Shown one piece after another: positions 12,485 to 24,980 of a stretch of DNA of 64,000 nucleotides. Source of the DNA: Octopus sinensis (taxonomy: Eukaryota); contig NC_043000.1 in NCBI RefSeq assembly GCF_006345805.1, positions 9,858,001 through 9,922,000 on the forward strand, written 5' to 3'. Position 1 is the first letter of the stretch. Every line of letters starts with the position of its first letter. The notes beneath the pieces are model-generated. The model was not told where the DNA came from and ran no database searches. It saw only the letters and a list, made by a program, of their open reading frames with translations. The position numbers and the translations under genes are program-made.

Positions 12485-12780
12485 TAAGTTAAGTTAAGTT
12501 AAGTTAATTTTTTGGCTCAAAAAGCAGAAAGCAAGGCCATGTAGGGGGACATGGAGTTATGTACAGGGTGGTGTTCATGCAAAGAGTTCAGGCCATTTGT
12601 GGTCATGGGAGACTTTGAACCGAGCGGTCGTCGGCATCTTCACTATCTCGTCCGGCAGCTTATTCCACGGATCCGCAACCCGGACGGAGAAAGCCCCTCT
12701 CCTTCGATTGAGATGAAATCGTCGCAGATGAAGACATTTAAGGGCCGAAATATGGTACTAAACCGAGTGACGATTAAATG
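12485..12780 (-). mobile_element. CR1-clade LINE 3' fragment with (TTAAC)n tail
   Basis: Minus frame reads RRRGAFSVRVADPWNKLPDEIVKMPTTARFK, matching the CR1 ORF2 C-terminal FSxRVxxxWNxLP motif. Confidence 0.8.
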
Positions 12781-13609
12781 TATCATATCAAAAGTTTTAC
12801 AGATCATTCGACAGTTTCGGTGCACACAAATTTACATACACGGCTTGAGTCGACCACTGCCCATGGCAGAGTGCACATAGCTAAAACACTAAGAAGGTCT
12901 GGTTGTGTGCTTTACAAGTTCACTTCGCAACCATAAGGATCAATCACTAGCCCTACAGCAGAGCATCATGGGCAAGTCTTTTCTTCTATAACCCTGGGCC
13001 AATCTATGCCACGTGAAGGAATTTGGTCGACGAAAAATGTGTGGAAGCCCATCAGCTATGTGTGTGTGTGTATTTTTTGTGTGTCTTTTCGTTTGCGTTT
13101 ATCACACCATTGGTTGAAAACCAGTTAATGGCTCGGTAAGAAATCGATAGAATAAGTACCAGACTTAACAAAAAACCCCCAAAAAAACAATGCACTGGGT
13201 TGAGAATCGTTTGACTAACCTTACAATGGAGTGCTCCAGCATGACCACAGTTCAATGCTTGAAGGAAGTAAATGAGGAAATGAATTTGCTTGGAAACAGA
13301 TTATTGCGAAGTAATCTTCGTAATAAGACAGCTTTGCTGCTAAATATAACGAGGTTAACTCATGCGTACTTTACACAGAAGCAAATACTAGATGGACGTT
13401 AACCAAGGTTCATGCAAAGGGATGTATAGTTTTAGATCAGATGGATTACATAGAGTGTGACGAGATGAATATTTGGCTTGGCTCAATGAAGCATGAACAC
13501 TGGACGTTCATGATGCGATGCATGTCACGCCATTGTAGTACAATATAGACATCTTGGAAGAACAGCCATACGGAAGTGATCTTTAGGTGAAGCAAATATG
13601 GCATGAGAA

Positions 13610-14135
<526 letters not shown>

Positions 14136-14464
14136 TAAAAGAATATATATATGCATATATACATAATAATAAATTAATGCCACAGGCGTACAAACATAGA
14201 AAACGTCAACAATTTCGTAACATCATTAAAACGTGCATATATATATATTTGCACATTTTAATGATACTAGGGAAAAAAGGGTTAATGTTTTGCATATATG
14301 CACGCATATGGCGTTAATATAAATTTATTATCATGTATATTACATATACATAATCAGCCATCATTAAAGTACATTTAGAGAGAGAGAGAGAGAGAAGTGA
14401 AAGTGAGAGAAAGAAGTGAAAGTGATATATAGAAAGACAGAGAAGGAAAGAGGTAAATAAGTGA

Positions 14465-14484
14465 GCAAATAGATAGATAGATAA

Positions 14485-14524
<40 letters not shown>

Positions 14525-14613
14525 GTAGGTAGATATGTAGGTAGATAGGTAGGTAGATAGATAGGTAAATATGTAGATAGATAAGTAGATATGTAGATAG
14601 ATAAGTAGATATG

Positions 14614-14648
<35 letters not shown>

Positions 14649-14650
14649 GT
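14465..14650. repeat. (TAGA)n/(TAGG)n microsatellite
   Basis: Read directly. Confidence 0.95.
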
Positions 14651-15153
14651 GAAAATCCTAATGCGTGTGCTACGAGCCGACTCGATTCCTGGTGCTAGAT
14701 ATATTTCCGATTCAGATATGTGGAAACCATAATGACATTACTTCCTTAATTTTACTCAATTACCGAAGTCACAAGGCGTTGGTTACATTTCATTGCGAGG
14801 TAAGTCAAATAATTGACACTTAAACACCCTAGCAACCTGCATCGCTGTATATATATATATACACACACATATATATACACACACATATATATACATGGAG
14901 TGAATGAGAAGGAGTGCAAGAGAAAGAGAGAGAGAATAGAAGAACGAGCGAGAAGAGAGAGAGAGAGAGAGAGGTATAGAGTGGGAGAGAGAAATTCTAA
15001 TTTTGGTACATTATCAAAACGTTTGGACATGAGGAGAATATTCGATTGAATCGAATAATTGATTGGCACTTAATTTGTAAACCGGAAAGACTTCCACGTA
15101 ATGATAGGTCATTAAATACTGCAAGGAAATTTTGTCTTGCAGTATATAAGTAA

Positions 15154-15200
<47 letters not shown>

Positions 15201-15416
15201 TGTGTGTGTGTATACATATATGTATCTTGTCCCATTTTTGTATTATATATATATATATATTAATATTTTACTTAGGCATAGCAATACTAATAACCTGGTC
15301 TTGGAACTCAATGAGCATGTACTTCAGAGTAATGCATTGGTCGAGTGCAGTGCGTAATAGGAATTTAAATAAATGACAAACGAAGAGGAAATTATAAAAT
15401 GGATTTCATTTGTCTA

Positions 15417-15648
15417 CAGCTGTTTCACATACAAGATGCAGTGCGCTCAGGGGTAAGTGCTTGTGCATCACTTTATAGCTTCTTCGGAGCATCTAAAATG
15501 AAGTGCAAGTCTATTTGGGAAATCATTTGCTTATATAGAAAAGATCACCGTCGAAAACTCTAAAAAATATCTATGAAATTGTGTAAAGAGTTTGAGGGAT
15601 AAAAGTCACTCCTAGAAAGTGCACAGCATTTTATAACAGAAACAGCTG
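15417..15648. mobile_element. Tc1/mariner-superfamily MITE (232 bp), TA target duplication
   Basis: TA-CAGCTGTTTC..ATACAAGATGCAGTGC ... GCACAGCATTTTATAACAGAAACAGCTG-TA. Confidence 0.7.
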
Positions 15649-16169
15649 TAAAGTAATGCAACTGATTAAACAACTTCCAGTTACTTTGTCATTTATTTAT
15701 TTTCGAATACACGCGCGCACGCGGTTGTATCATCACGTGTGCCTAATGATACGTTATAAATTATAGCAAAACATTTTGTCGGCGCCTTCATATCTTTCTT
15801 TCCCTCTAACTATCCTTCTAATTATCTCTCTCTCTCCACACACACACACACAGACACAAATATATGCATATACAAACAGATGTATATATTAACGTTTATA
15901 CCTGATATAATTGGTGCATCTGACTTTCTGAGTACATGCCTAAGTGATAATCATGAAAAGTTAGAGTTTTCAGAAAAAGAAATCAACCTGCTAACACGCA
16001 CATTATAAATGCATTATGTAAGAAGAACAGTAAAAAATGCAAGAATTTTCTCAAGCTCAAGATGAGATTGTTTTTGTAATATATTTCCCAACAATGGAGC
16101 TTTATATCTCTGTTAGAAATAACTCCATTACAAGAAGACTTCAAATAATTAGAAATAGAACAGAATATT

Positions 16170-16202
<33 letters not shown>

Positions 16203-16234
16203 TTACATATATACATGCATAGTAAACTTAATAT

Positions 16235-16755
16235 ACTGACATGGTGGTTTGATACAGGAAAGAGAAACTGTACAGTTGTGGAAATCAGCTGCCGAATGGA
16301 TGTTGACAAATCAAAAGATCAGCGAAACAGAAGATACTTATGCTGAATTATTGAGAAATCTGCAGTTCTCTAGCCAGATTACATGTTTAGGTTTATACCT
16401 GTAATTACTAGGGCACTAGAATATGTAACACACTGCCTAAATACCAATCTTGAGAAATTAGGCTTCTCAAAACCAGAAAAGAGAATGCTAATTCGAAGAC
16501 TGCAGATCCAAGCCATCACTAGAACTATAAAAGTCCGTGAAAGTTTATCATTTCAGTATATATGAGCATGGCTAGACATACAAGTATATGCATGAGAATA
16601 CATACATAAAACAAAACATACAAATCTGCACATGTACTGACTCCAAATACTGCACATATGCATATACATGCACAAATACCTTGTTGATGTTGGAATTCTA
16701 AAGAAGGAGCCTAGGATCTTTTGGCATGAAATCTTGAAATAAAACTGAATAATGA
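16235..16755 (+). mobile_element. 3' fragment of a non-LTR retrotransposon with a restriction-like endonuclease (R4/Dong-like), decayed
   Basis: VEISC...YAELLRNLQ...FRFIPVITRALEYVTHCL...LQIQAITRTIKV resembles the RLE C-terminus. Confidence 0.7.
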
Positions 16756-16843
16756 CATACATAAATATATACATTCATAAGATTGTGTGTTAGTACACTT
16801 CATGAAGGTGAGTGATAGGTAGAAACGTAAAAGTTTCTGCCTA

Positions 16844-17258
16844 GGCGGCGAGCTGTCAGAAACGTTAGCACGCCGGGCGAAATGCGTAGCCGTATTTCGT
16901 CTGCCGTTACGTTCTGAGTTCAAATTCCGCCGAGGTCGACTTTGCCTTTCATCCTTTCGGGGTCGATTAAATAAGTACCAGTTACGCACTGGGGTCGATA
17001 TAATCGACTTAATACGTCTGTCTATCTTTGTTTGCCCCTTCTGTGTTTAGCCCCTCGTGGCTAGTAAAGAAATAGGTATTTCGTGTGCCGCTACGTTCTG
17101 AGTTCAAATTCCGCCGAGGTCGACTTTGCCTTTCATCCTTTCGGGGTCGATTAAATAAGTACCAGTTACGCACTGGTGTCGATATAATCGACTTAATCCG
17201 TTTGTCTGTCTTTGTTTGTCCCCTCTATGTTTAGCCCCTTGTGGGCAATAAATAAATA
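16844..17258 (+). mobile_element. Dimeric family A SINE (full monomer + 5'-truncated monomer) inside one 17-bp TSD
   Basis: AGAAACGTAAAAGTTTC at 16821-16837 and 17259-17275; monomer junction AAAGAAATAG|GTATTTCG near 17075. Confidence 0.85.
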
Positions 17259-17619
17259 AGAAACGTAAAAGTTTCGTACACAATCCTTTGCAATACTTAT
17301 TCCAGTTCTTTCACATTTTGAAATTAATTCCCACCGCGTTCATTTCTGTCTTTTGTTTTTTTTTCCGAAGTTGGCGAATTAAGAGAAAAGGACAGTGCAG
17401 AGGCAGAATTGTCAGAGTGTTGAGCAAAATACCTTGAGGTACTTGTTCAAGCACTCTAAATTCTCAGTTCGTCTGTAGTGAAATTGTTTATTAATGGCTC
17501 CTCAGAGATCGCTAACTCACTTCCGATCAAAGAGAGGAAAATGTATGTTTTAACCAGCGTGTGTACTTTTGTATAGCAAAGTTAAAATCTTTTGTTTACC
17601 GTAAATTCATTCTTAGTGG

Positions 17620-17845
17620 TTAGGGTGTCAGCATAATGATCGTAAGATTGTGGTTTCGATTCCTGAACTGGGTGTGGCGTTGTCTTCTTGACCAAAACAC
17701 TTTATTTCACGTTGCTCCAGTCCACTCAGTTGGCAAAAATGAGTAACGCTGCGATGGACTGGCGTCCCTTCCAGCTGGGGAAGACATACGCCATAGAAAC
17801 CAGGAAACCGGGCCCATGAGCTTAGCTAGGCTTTAAAAGGGCGCG
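17620..17845 (+). mobile_element. SINE, family B variant
   Basis: AGTGGTTAGGGTG...GTTTCGATTCC...ACACTTTATTTCACGTTGCTCCAGTCCACTCAG. Confidence 0.75.
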
Positions 17846-18859
17846 TTTATTATTTTTTTAAAATGCACTCTTACACTGTTTACTGCGTGTTTTAGTAGAC
17901 ATACATGCACACGATTGTACGTATAAAAGTATAAAATTTTAGCATGTTGTAACTACACAAACACACCTATAGACATGCCAGCATGTTTGTGTACATATAC
18001 ATAAAAAATATACACTGTTATCCAGGCATGCATCCATGTGTTGATATACACATACATATGTATATGTACACATGTGGTGCTCCAGCATGACCCCAGCTTC
18101 TGGCTGAAAGCAATGAAAGAATACATACATAAATACATTCATATGTATAAAGATACATATATACATAAATGCATAACTACGACCTTGATGTATAAATTTC
18201 AATGAAAGCGGCTTACTTTTCGGCATAAAAGCAGCTCTTTCTCCATTGATCAAAAAATAAAATGAGGAAAAGGCACGAACGCACGCATGCACACACACAC
18301 ACACACTCACACACAAAAAAAAACACCAACATCTAAATGAAACTACGGCAGTGTTCGTGTGCTAATTTTATTGGATCATGAATCGTACTTTGTTACACTG
18401 GCCCAAAGTTTAGTTTCGTTTCAACCTAAACAGTTCTATACGAATTCCGAGTAGTAAACCACTTTATTAAGCTATAAACAGTAACAATGTCACGGTGTTT
18501 TAAAAAGAAATGCACGGTCAATGTCAAAAAGGAAATACTTCTAATGAGAAATGTATATTGTCGACAGTTTTTGCGGTTAGACATGTAGTAGTTATGAAAA
18601 GGATGTACAAGGGATATTTATGACAAATCTCCTTTTTATCCAACTCCGTATGATGTCAGGAACGACGTTAAGTCATGCGACTGCTTTACATCTCCTATAA
18701 TAATAAGGAATCAGATGAACCAGATTTTTATATACACTACGACTCTTGTTGTATAACAAGTTTTGAAATTAAACCGAAGGAAAGCAATTCCCAGTGCAAT
18801 GGATGCAGAATATACGGAATGTAAGAATGTAGCTGTTGCGTGTTGAAGTTTTCTAGATA

Positions 18860-20260
18860 TTCCAGTACCAGACTACTTCTTCATCGAACACATTGGGAAA
18901 CCAGTTTATCTCATTCACTTAGTGAATGTTTCTGTGAAGAAAGTAACATATGTCAGAGACCAGTGACTCTCAGTTGAAATTTTATATAAAGTGGAGCGAC
19001 TGAACGTTAATCTTGGAAAACTAACGTCGTTTTTATTTTTTAACAGGAAAAGTGAAAGCGAAGGAAATAAATATATGCCAACAGCAAAATTTCAAAGCAT
19101 ATAGCAGAAAAGATGATACCATTTACACATGGATAGTTTATGAAGGATGTTTCACTGGCAATAATATGTAATGTCTGCAAGAACGATCATACGATGAGTT
19201 GAAGAAATGTTAACAGATGTCGAAACTTATTTAATGGATACTTGCAATATATTGCATTTTTCTTTTCAATTACGCTTGATAACAGATTTCAGAGACACTG
19301 TTCATCTTGCAGCGTTTGCGCATGGAGTAGGCTTCAGTTTTCACTTCAATCTCATGAAAAATATGATTACTAGAGCAGACATTTTTGCAGCTTTGTGGAA
19401 AATAATATCGGAAATAAGATTTGATGTGTCGAATCTAATTGGTACAGGCAATAGTGAGATACAGTAAAGGCATCTTCGCATCGCTGGAAATTGCACAAGA
19501 ACTGGTTGTCCTTTTAATATGTAATGTGCCAAATTAGTTCAGCAGTTCTTTTGCGGAATACAAAAGCAAAATATGGAGACCAAGCTATTTCTGAAACAGA
19601 TGTTAGCTTAGCCGAGAATTAATTATAGAAAAAATTGCAGTACATAAACATATGGCAATAATACTTTAAAAAATGTAGATGGTCCACATTGTCGTTATAC
19701 TGCTTGGCTCATTTAAATAACTTGAATTTACAACTTCAGGGGGAAATTTGCTAATACACGAGATATACGATCATATTAGAGCATCTGAAAGAAAGTTGCA
19801 ATAGTAGGAATCCCATCTTCGAAAAGGAAATTACACTCATTTCTCCCACTTTGCAAAAAAAAAAAAAAATATAGAACTAGATCCAGGCACTTTTGTAAAT
19901 ATGGTCCCAGAATTAACATAACAAAAAAAAAAAACAACAAAAGAACAGAGCTTTCAGTTCGTTTTGATAACGTTTGCTTTCATGCAAATGAATTCCAGCT
20001 GTTTTGCAACATCGTTTGATGTGGAAGTAAACACTGCATTAGAAAATTAACAAATGGCGTTGACTTAGATGCGGTATGACGACATATTGACATCAAAATT
20101 TCATTCTGAATATAAGCCAGTGCTTGACTTTTATAGAATTAAATATAGTTGTCTTGATGGGATGTATCTTAATTTAATAATCTATGCAAAAATAGAAAAA
20201 AAGGGGATTTATGTTTGCCTATACTTAACAGTAATTGCAGTTTTTTAAAAAATAAAATAT
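18860..20260 (+). pseudogene. Decayed hAT transposase (SPIN/GTF2IRD2-like)
   Basis: Broken frames read KHIAEKMIPFTHG*FMKD, FSFQLRLITDFRDTVHLAAFAHGV, TRADIFAAL, HLNNLNLQLQG...IYDHIRASERKL...GNYTHF; many stops and frameshifts. Confidence 0.8.
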
Positions 20261-20415
20261 GCCAAAAACTATTTGAAAACAAAATTGACTAAAAGCCATA
20301 TGGATAATATCTTGCTGTCGATAACAAGCCTAAAAATATTTAGGAGCTTTCAATAAAAAGTAACAAATTTCCTATTGATTCATCAACTTTTTGCATTAAA
20401 ACTGAATAATTTTCA

Positions 20416-20464
<49 letters not shown>

Positions 20465-20812
20465 TACCACGTGTTTTCACTGCACTACCGAGCGTAGCTC
20501 CGTATGCCTTGGGTATGTGCTGTGGTTTGTTGTGGTGCTCTTATTTTCACTATATTGAAGATGTTTTACGTAGGATGTGTGCGGTGCCTATTAGTGCTAT
20601 TTTCTGTATGTTAAGTTCTGGTGTTTTTGTTATGTATTTGTCTGAATGTTTTCTTCTATCATACATAATGAGCCTACTACAATATGAATCGCTTCTGTTT
20701 TTAGGCTCTACCTTCGAGATACCTCTATTTCCAGATCTTTGTATTTTGAAAGTTTCTCCGTTTCTTTTAGAGAAACATTGTCATCTGTTGGTACTGATAC
20801 ATCGATTAGAAA
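20465..20812 (-). mobile_element. R4/Dong-like RLE non-LTR 3' fragment with (TAA)n tail
   Basis: Minus: IDVSVPTDDNVSLKETEKLSKYKDLEIEV...IQKIALIGTAHILRK. Confidence 0.8.
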
Positions 20813-20860
20813 TTATTATTATAATAACTGCTGTCCTTGTGGCAAAATTTGAAACCATTA

Positions 20861-20954
<94 letters not shown>

Positions 20955-20975
20955 CATTATTATTATTATTATTAT

Positions 20976-21526
20976 TGAGTGAGAGAGCAGTGCATGCTAT
21001 CAAAGTGACGTTGGGGTAAAATATACAAAGCCCAGTATACCCATTATAACTACCCGTCTGATAATGGTACATCAGACACATGCATTATAACCATATGAGC
21101 ACGACATTGTGATCTCATATCAAGATAAACAGCAGATGTCCTTGCAGGTGTGGCCCAGTTAGAATTTTCTTCAGTAGCCCATCCCGCTCAAAAGGTCCTT
21201 GAATAAGGGTTGTTTAAGGATGTTGGACGAAACACCCATGTTTCTCAAGGCGAATTATCCAAACCACAAAGACTTCTTCTCAACACATGGCTATGATGCT
21301 CCCCCACTACTTCTGCTCGTGATCAGAGATGCACATATTGTCAGCCACTAAGGGACATGCTCAACTGGTTAAGGTCAAACAACTGACAAGCAAATCTGTA
21401 GTATTGAAGAGAATATTCGCTGTAGCCCATCTTTTGTACCAAGACAAAACAATGTACATGGTAACATTTCCAATAAGTTAAGATCAGAAACCATGAGAGC
21501 CACTGCCTGTCCCAGCATCAGTGTTT

Positions 21527-21530
<4 letters not shown>
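20976..21530 (-). repeat. Unclassified ~550-bp repeat (family D) ending in a (TAA)n tail
   Basis: Highly similar copy at 54822-55290; terminal piece at 50320-50366. Confidence 0.8.
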
Positions 21531-21573
<43 letters not shown>

Positions 21574-21597
21574 TGTCGTCGTCGTTGTTGTTGATAT

Positions 21598-22500
21598 TAT
21601 TATTAACTCCAGCTTAGTTTTCAGTCGTGCTTGTTTGTTCGTGGACAAGATATCTCAAGAACCACTGGAAGGATTGGGATGAAACTTTCAGGGATGTTTG
21701 GCCTCATGGCTGGCACGAACCGAATAGATTTTGGGATCGATCCGGTACCGGACAAGGATTCTGGATTATTTGGTATATTTAGTTTACATGATTACGATCT
21801 TACGTTAACTTTCAAGTCTTTCTCAATTATCTCCCTTTAGGCCGTCTCTAAAATTTTATTTTCGTTTCCCTATTATTAATTTTACTCGCATCTCTATCTT
21901 AGTAGAAAGTGATGGATAAAGAAATCAAACTACATAAATGGAAGCAAAATAGTTTAGAAATTAAATAACACTCATATTTTTATAATATATATATATTGTA
22001 TATTATGCATATTAAGACTTTACAGCATACTTACATTTACACATCTATACATCGATCTAAAACAACAGGAATTATAGAGGAAGGCTTGAATTTAAGAGAA
22101 GAGAAAATCGAAAGGTCTCATGCTATTCAGTCAAAAATTCCTGTGAAGAACTTATTACCTTTGCCTTTGAAACTATTTTGAGTGTTGAATTTGTTAACTC
22201 TGGCTTGTATTAGATAAGGTTAAAATATTTGTCACTGCTACTAAATTTTCTACAGCCACCTTCACATTCCATGACTACCATTGGGATCGGTCAGGTACCG
22301 GACAAGGATTCTGGATTATTTTTCAGGATTTATTTTACTTAATTTTTGAGAGCGGTCGGGTTCATTTTTAGTATTCTCGTTTGTGAAAGCAGTCGAGTTT
22401 ATTTCAGATATTCTCATTTTAAAAATCATTTCCGGCAAATCGTTGAGAGGACGTTGGTGTTGCCTTGGCAGAGGTTTGCGCTCTCTTAGTGCTCTTGTTC
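21598..22500 (+). mobile_element. Helentron/HINE-like non-autonomous remnant, in two pieces
   Basis: GTTTGTTCGTGGACAAGATATCTCAAGAACCACTGGAAGGATT..GAAACTT 5' body; duplicated GGTACCGGACAAGGATTCTGGATTATTT; 3' GCCTTGGCAGAGGTTTGCGCTCTC..AGTGCTCTTGTT. Confidence 0.55.
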
Positions 22501-22519
22501 TTATTATTATTATACATTT

Positions 22520-22950
22520 AGCGGCAAGCTGGGAGTAACGTTGCCTCGCCGGACAGAATGTTTCAAGGTATTTCTTCCGGCTTCACGTTCTGAGTTCAAA
22601 TTTCACCGACGTTGGCTTTGGCTTACGTCTGTTCGGGATCGATGAAATTAGTATCAGTTGAGCACTGGGGTTGACATAATCGACCTGCCTCCTCTCCCGA
22701 AATTGCTGGCCATGTGCTAAATTTTAAAACCATTATTATTATTGAGCTGGCAGAATTGTTAGCACGCCGGGCCAAATTCTTAGTAGTATTTCGTCCGTCT
22801 TATCATTCCGAGTTCAATTTCCCCCTAGGTCACCTTTGCTTTTCATCCTTTCGGGGTCGATAAGAAAAGTACCAGTCAAGTATTTTGATCGATGTAATCG
22901 ATCTAACCCCTACTCTGGAATTACTGGCCCTGTGCCAAAATTTGAAACTA
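22520..22950 (+). mobile_element. Two tandem family A2 SINE copies
   Basis: GGCAAGCTGGGAG...GAGTTCAAATTTC (22520-22735) and GAGCTGGCAGAATTGTTAGCACGCCGGG (22745-22950). Confidence 0.75.
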
Positions 22951-22954
22951 TTAG

Positions 22955-23115
22955 CTTATTTTGCTGGGTATGATTGAAAGTGTCAGCTGTCCACAGCCAG
23001 CAGACTAAGGTTTCACTTGTTTATTGGTCATTCTTCAAGAACCCTGCGAAGAATTCTTGCAGTTCCAAGCAATGCTGATTTTTGTAGGTGTTCAACCTTC
23101 ACACTTGCATCAATT
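22955..23115 (-). mobile_element. R4/Dong-like RLE non-LTR extreme 3' fragment
   Basis: Minus frame VEHLQKSALLGTARILRRVL; abuts (AAG)n/(AAT)n. Confidence 0.75.
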
Positions 23116-23121
23116 CTTCTT

Positions 23122-23226
<105 letters not shown>

Positions 23227-24252
23227 ATCATTACGTTCAAATTACCACCATGCAACCATCCTATTCACAGTTTTATATTTTAATGATTTCTGTGTTTTGT
23301 TAATGGATCCTAAAGATATCCTAATGAAATAAATTGCTACTAAATCGAATTCTTTGACTGCTAATTGAAATCCTTAACTAAGTAAAACTGGATTTATTAG
23401 GCTGCGCCATTCATTGATCTGCTAAAAATAAATATAATTAGATATATTTAAATTGATGATTCCCATATTTCACTTTTGTTTTTTGGTGGTATTTATCTGG
23501 TTCAACCACAAATATACGCTAAACGGCTTGCAGTTGCAAAATTGCTGATGAACTCTGTACTATATAAATCTTTGTTTACTTGACAACCCACTGTAATGTT
23601 GTCCGGATAGAAAAGATAACTGCTATAAGCGGAGTCGTTTGTGTGTTTGTATGCGTGCGCGTGTGGTTGGGTCTGAGAGGAGGAGCAGTGCCCATGTCTT
23701 TTGCAGGCGGCTCTTTGACGAGAGAGCTTGATGTCGTTCTTGTTTCATTTAAACTATCATAGTTTAAGCACTTGCATGAAAAATATAAGCGGGAAGAATA
23801 TTTTGAGGGCTACGTGTTCAAGAGGGAAGGCTCGGACATAGTGGTTAATACGGAGTCGGGAGGGATGAGTGTGGATTAAACAAGATTGACGAGAGGTGAG
23901 AAACAGGTGGATCAGGTGGGCGTCTAACTGATGGTGATACGAGATTAGTCAGCTCCGAGGAACAGAGGCCATTAATGTAAAGATAGAAAAGGCAGCGAAG
24001 ACAGTACACCTGTGGGTTAGAAGCAGTAGTACCATTCCAGAGGTGGGAGTAGTTCACAAATATATATGTATATGTGTGTGTATACATACATACTGACATA
24101 CATACATACATACATTTACATATACATATGTACTTATTTATAGATATATGTATTTATATGTATATGTATATGTATATACATATATGTATGTGTATATGCA
24201 TAACACATGCACATACTTCTATGTGTTTTTATGTATATGTACGTATGTATAT

Positions 24253-24290
<38 letters not shown>

Positions 24291-24940
24291 ATATATTTAT
24301 GTGTATGTGTGTGAGAGAGAGAGTGTTAGAGTTATCGAATAATTAAGAAAACATGCATTAATGAGCGTACACATGGACGTAAATAGATTGCTTAATGAAG
24401 GTTAATATGTAATTATCATCTCAGAGTCGAAGAAACAAGATAACCTTCTGAAACCAAGCAAAGTTTTTTAATATTTGGGGGGGGGGGGTGCTGTGTTTTA
24501 TTGTTTTCCTTTGTTTTGTTTGTTGCTTTAAATAGTCTCGTGAGAAGAGGATAGTCGCAGTACCCATAACTTCCTCATCTCTTCAATTTCACAAAATATT
24601 CCGTAATCGAGGTAATATTGGAAGACAGGTAACCGTTCAACATATATACCCACACTGCGTCATATTGCACCACCAAATATATACCGTACGCACATATACA
24701 CAAACACACATACAAACACACATACGTAGACATACATTCATTATAAACACACAAAACCTATGTGTGTATGAGTGTACATATACATAGATATATTTATATA
24801 TAGGTATATACATCCGTATGTATGTAAATCTATACTCATATATACATATATGCATATACATATATATATATGTATGACTATATACAATATAGATGTATGT
24901 ATACATATATGTGTATATATATATAAACAAATCTGTCGAT

Positions 24941-24980
<40 letters not shown>

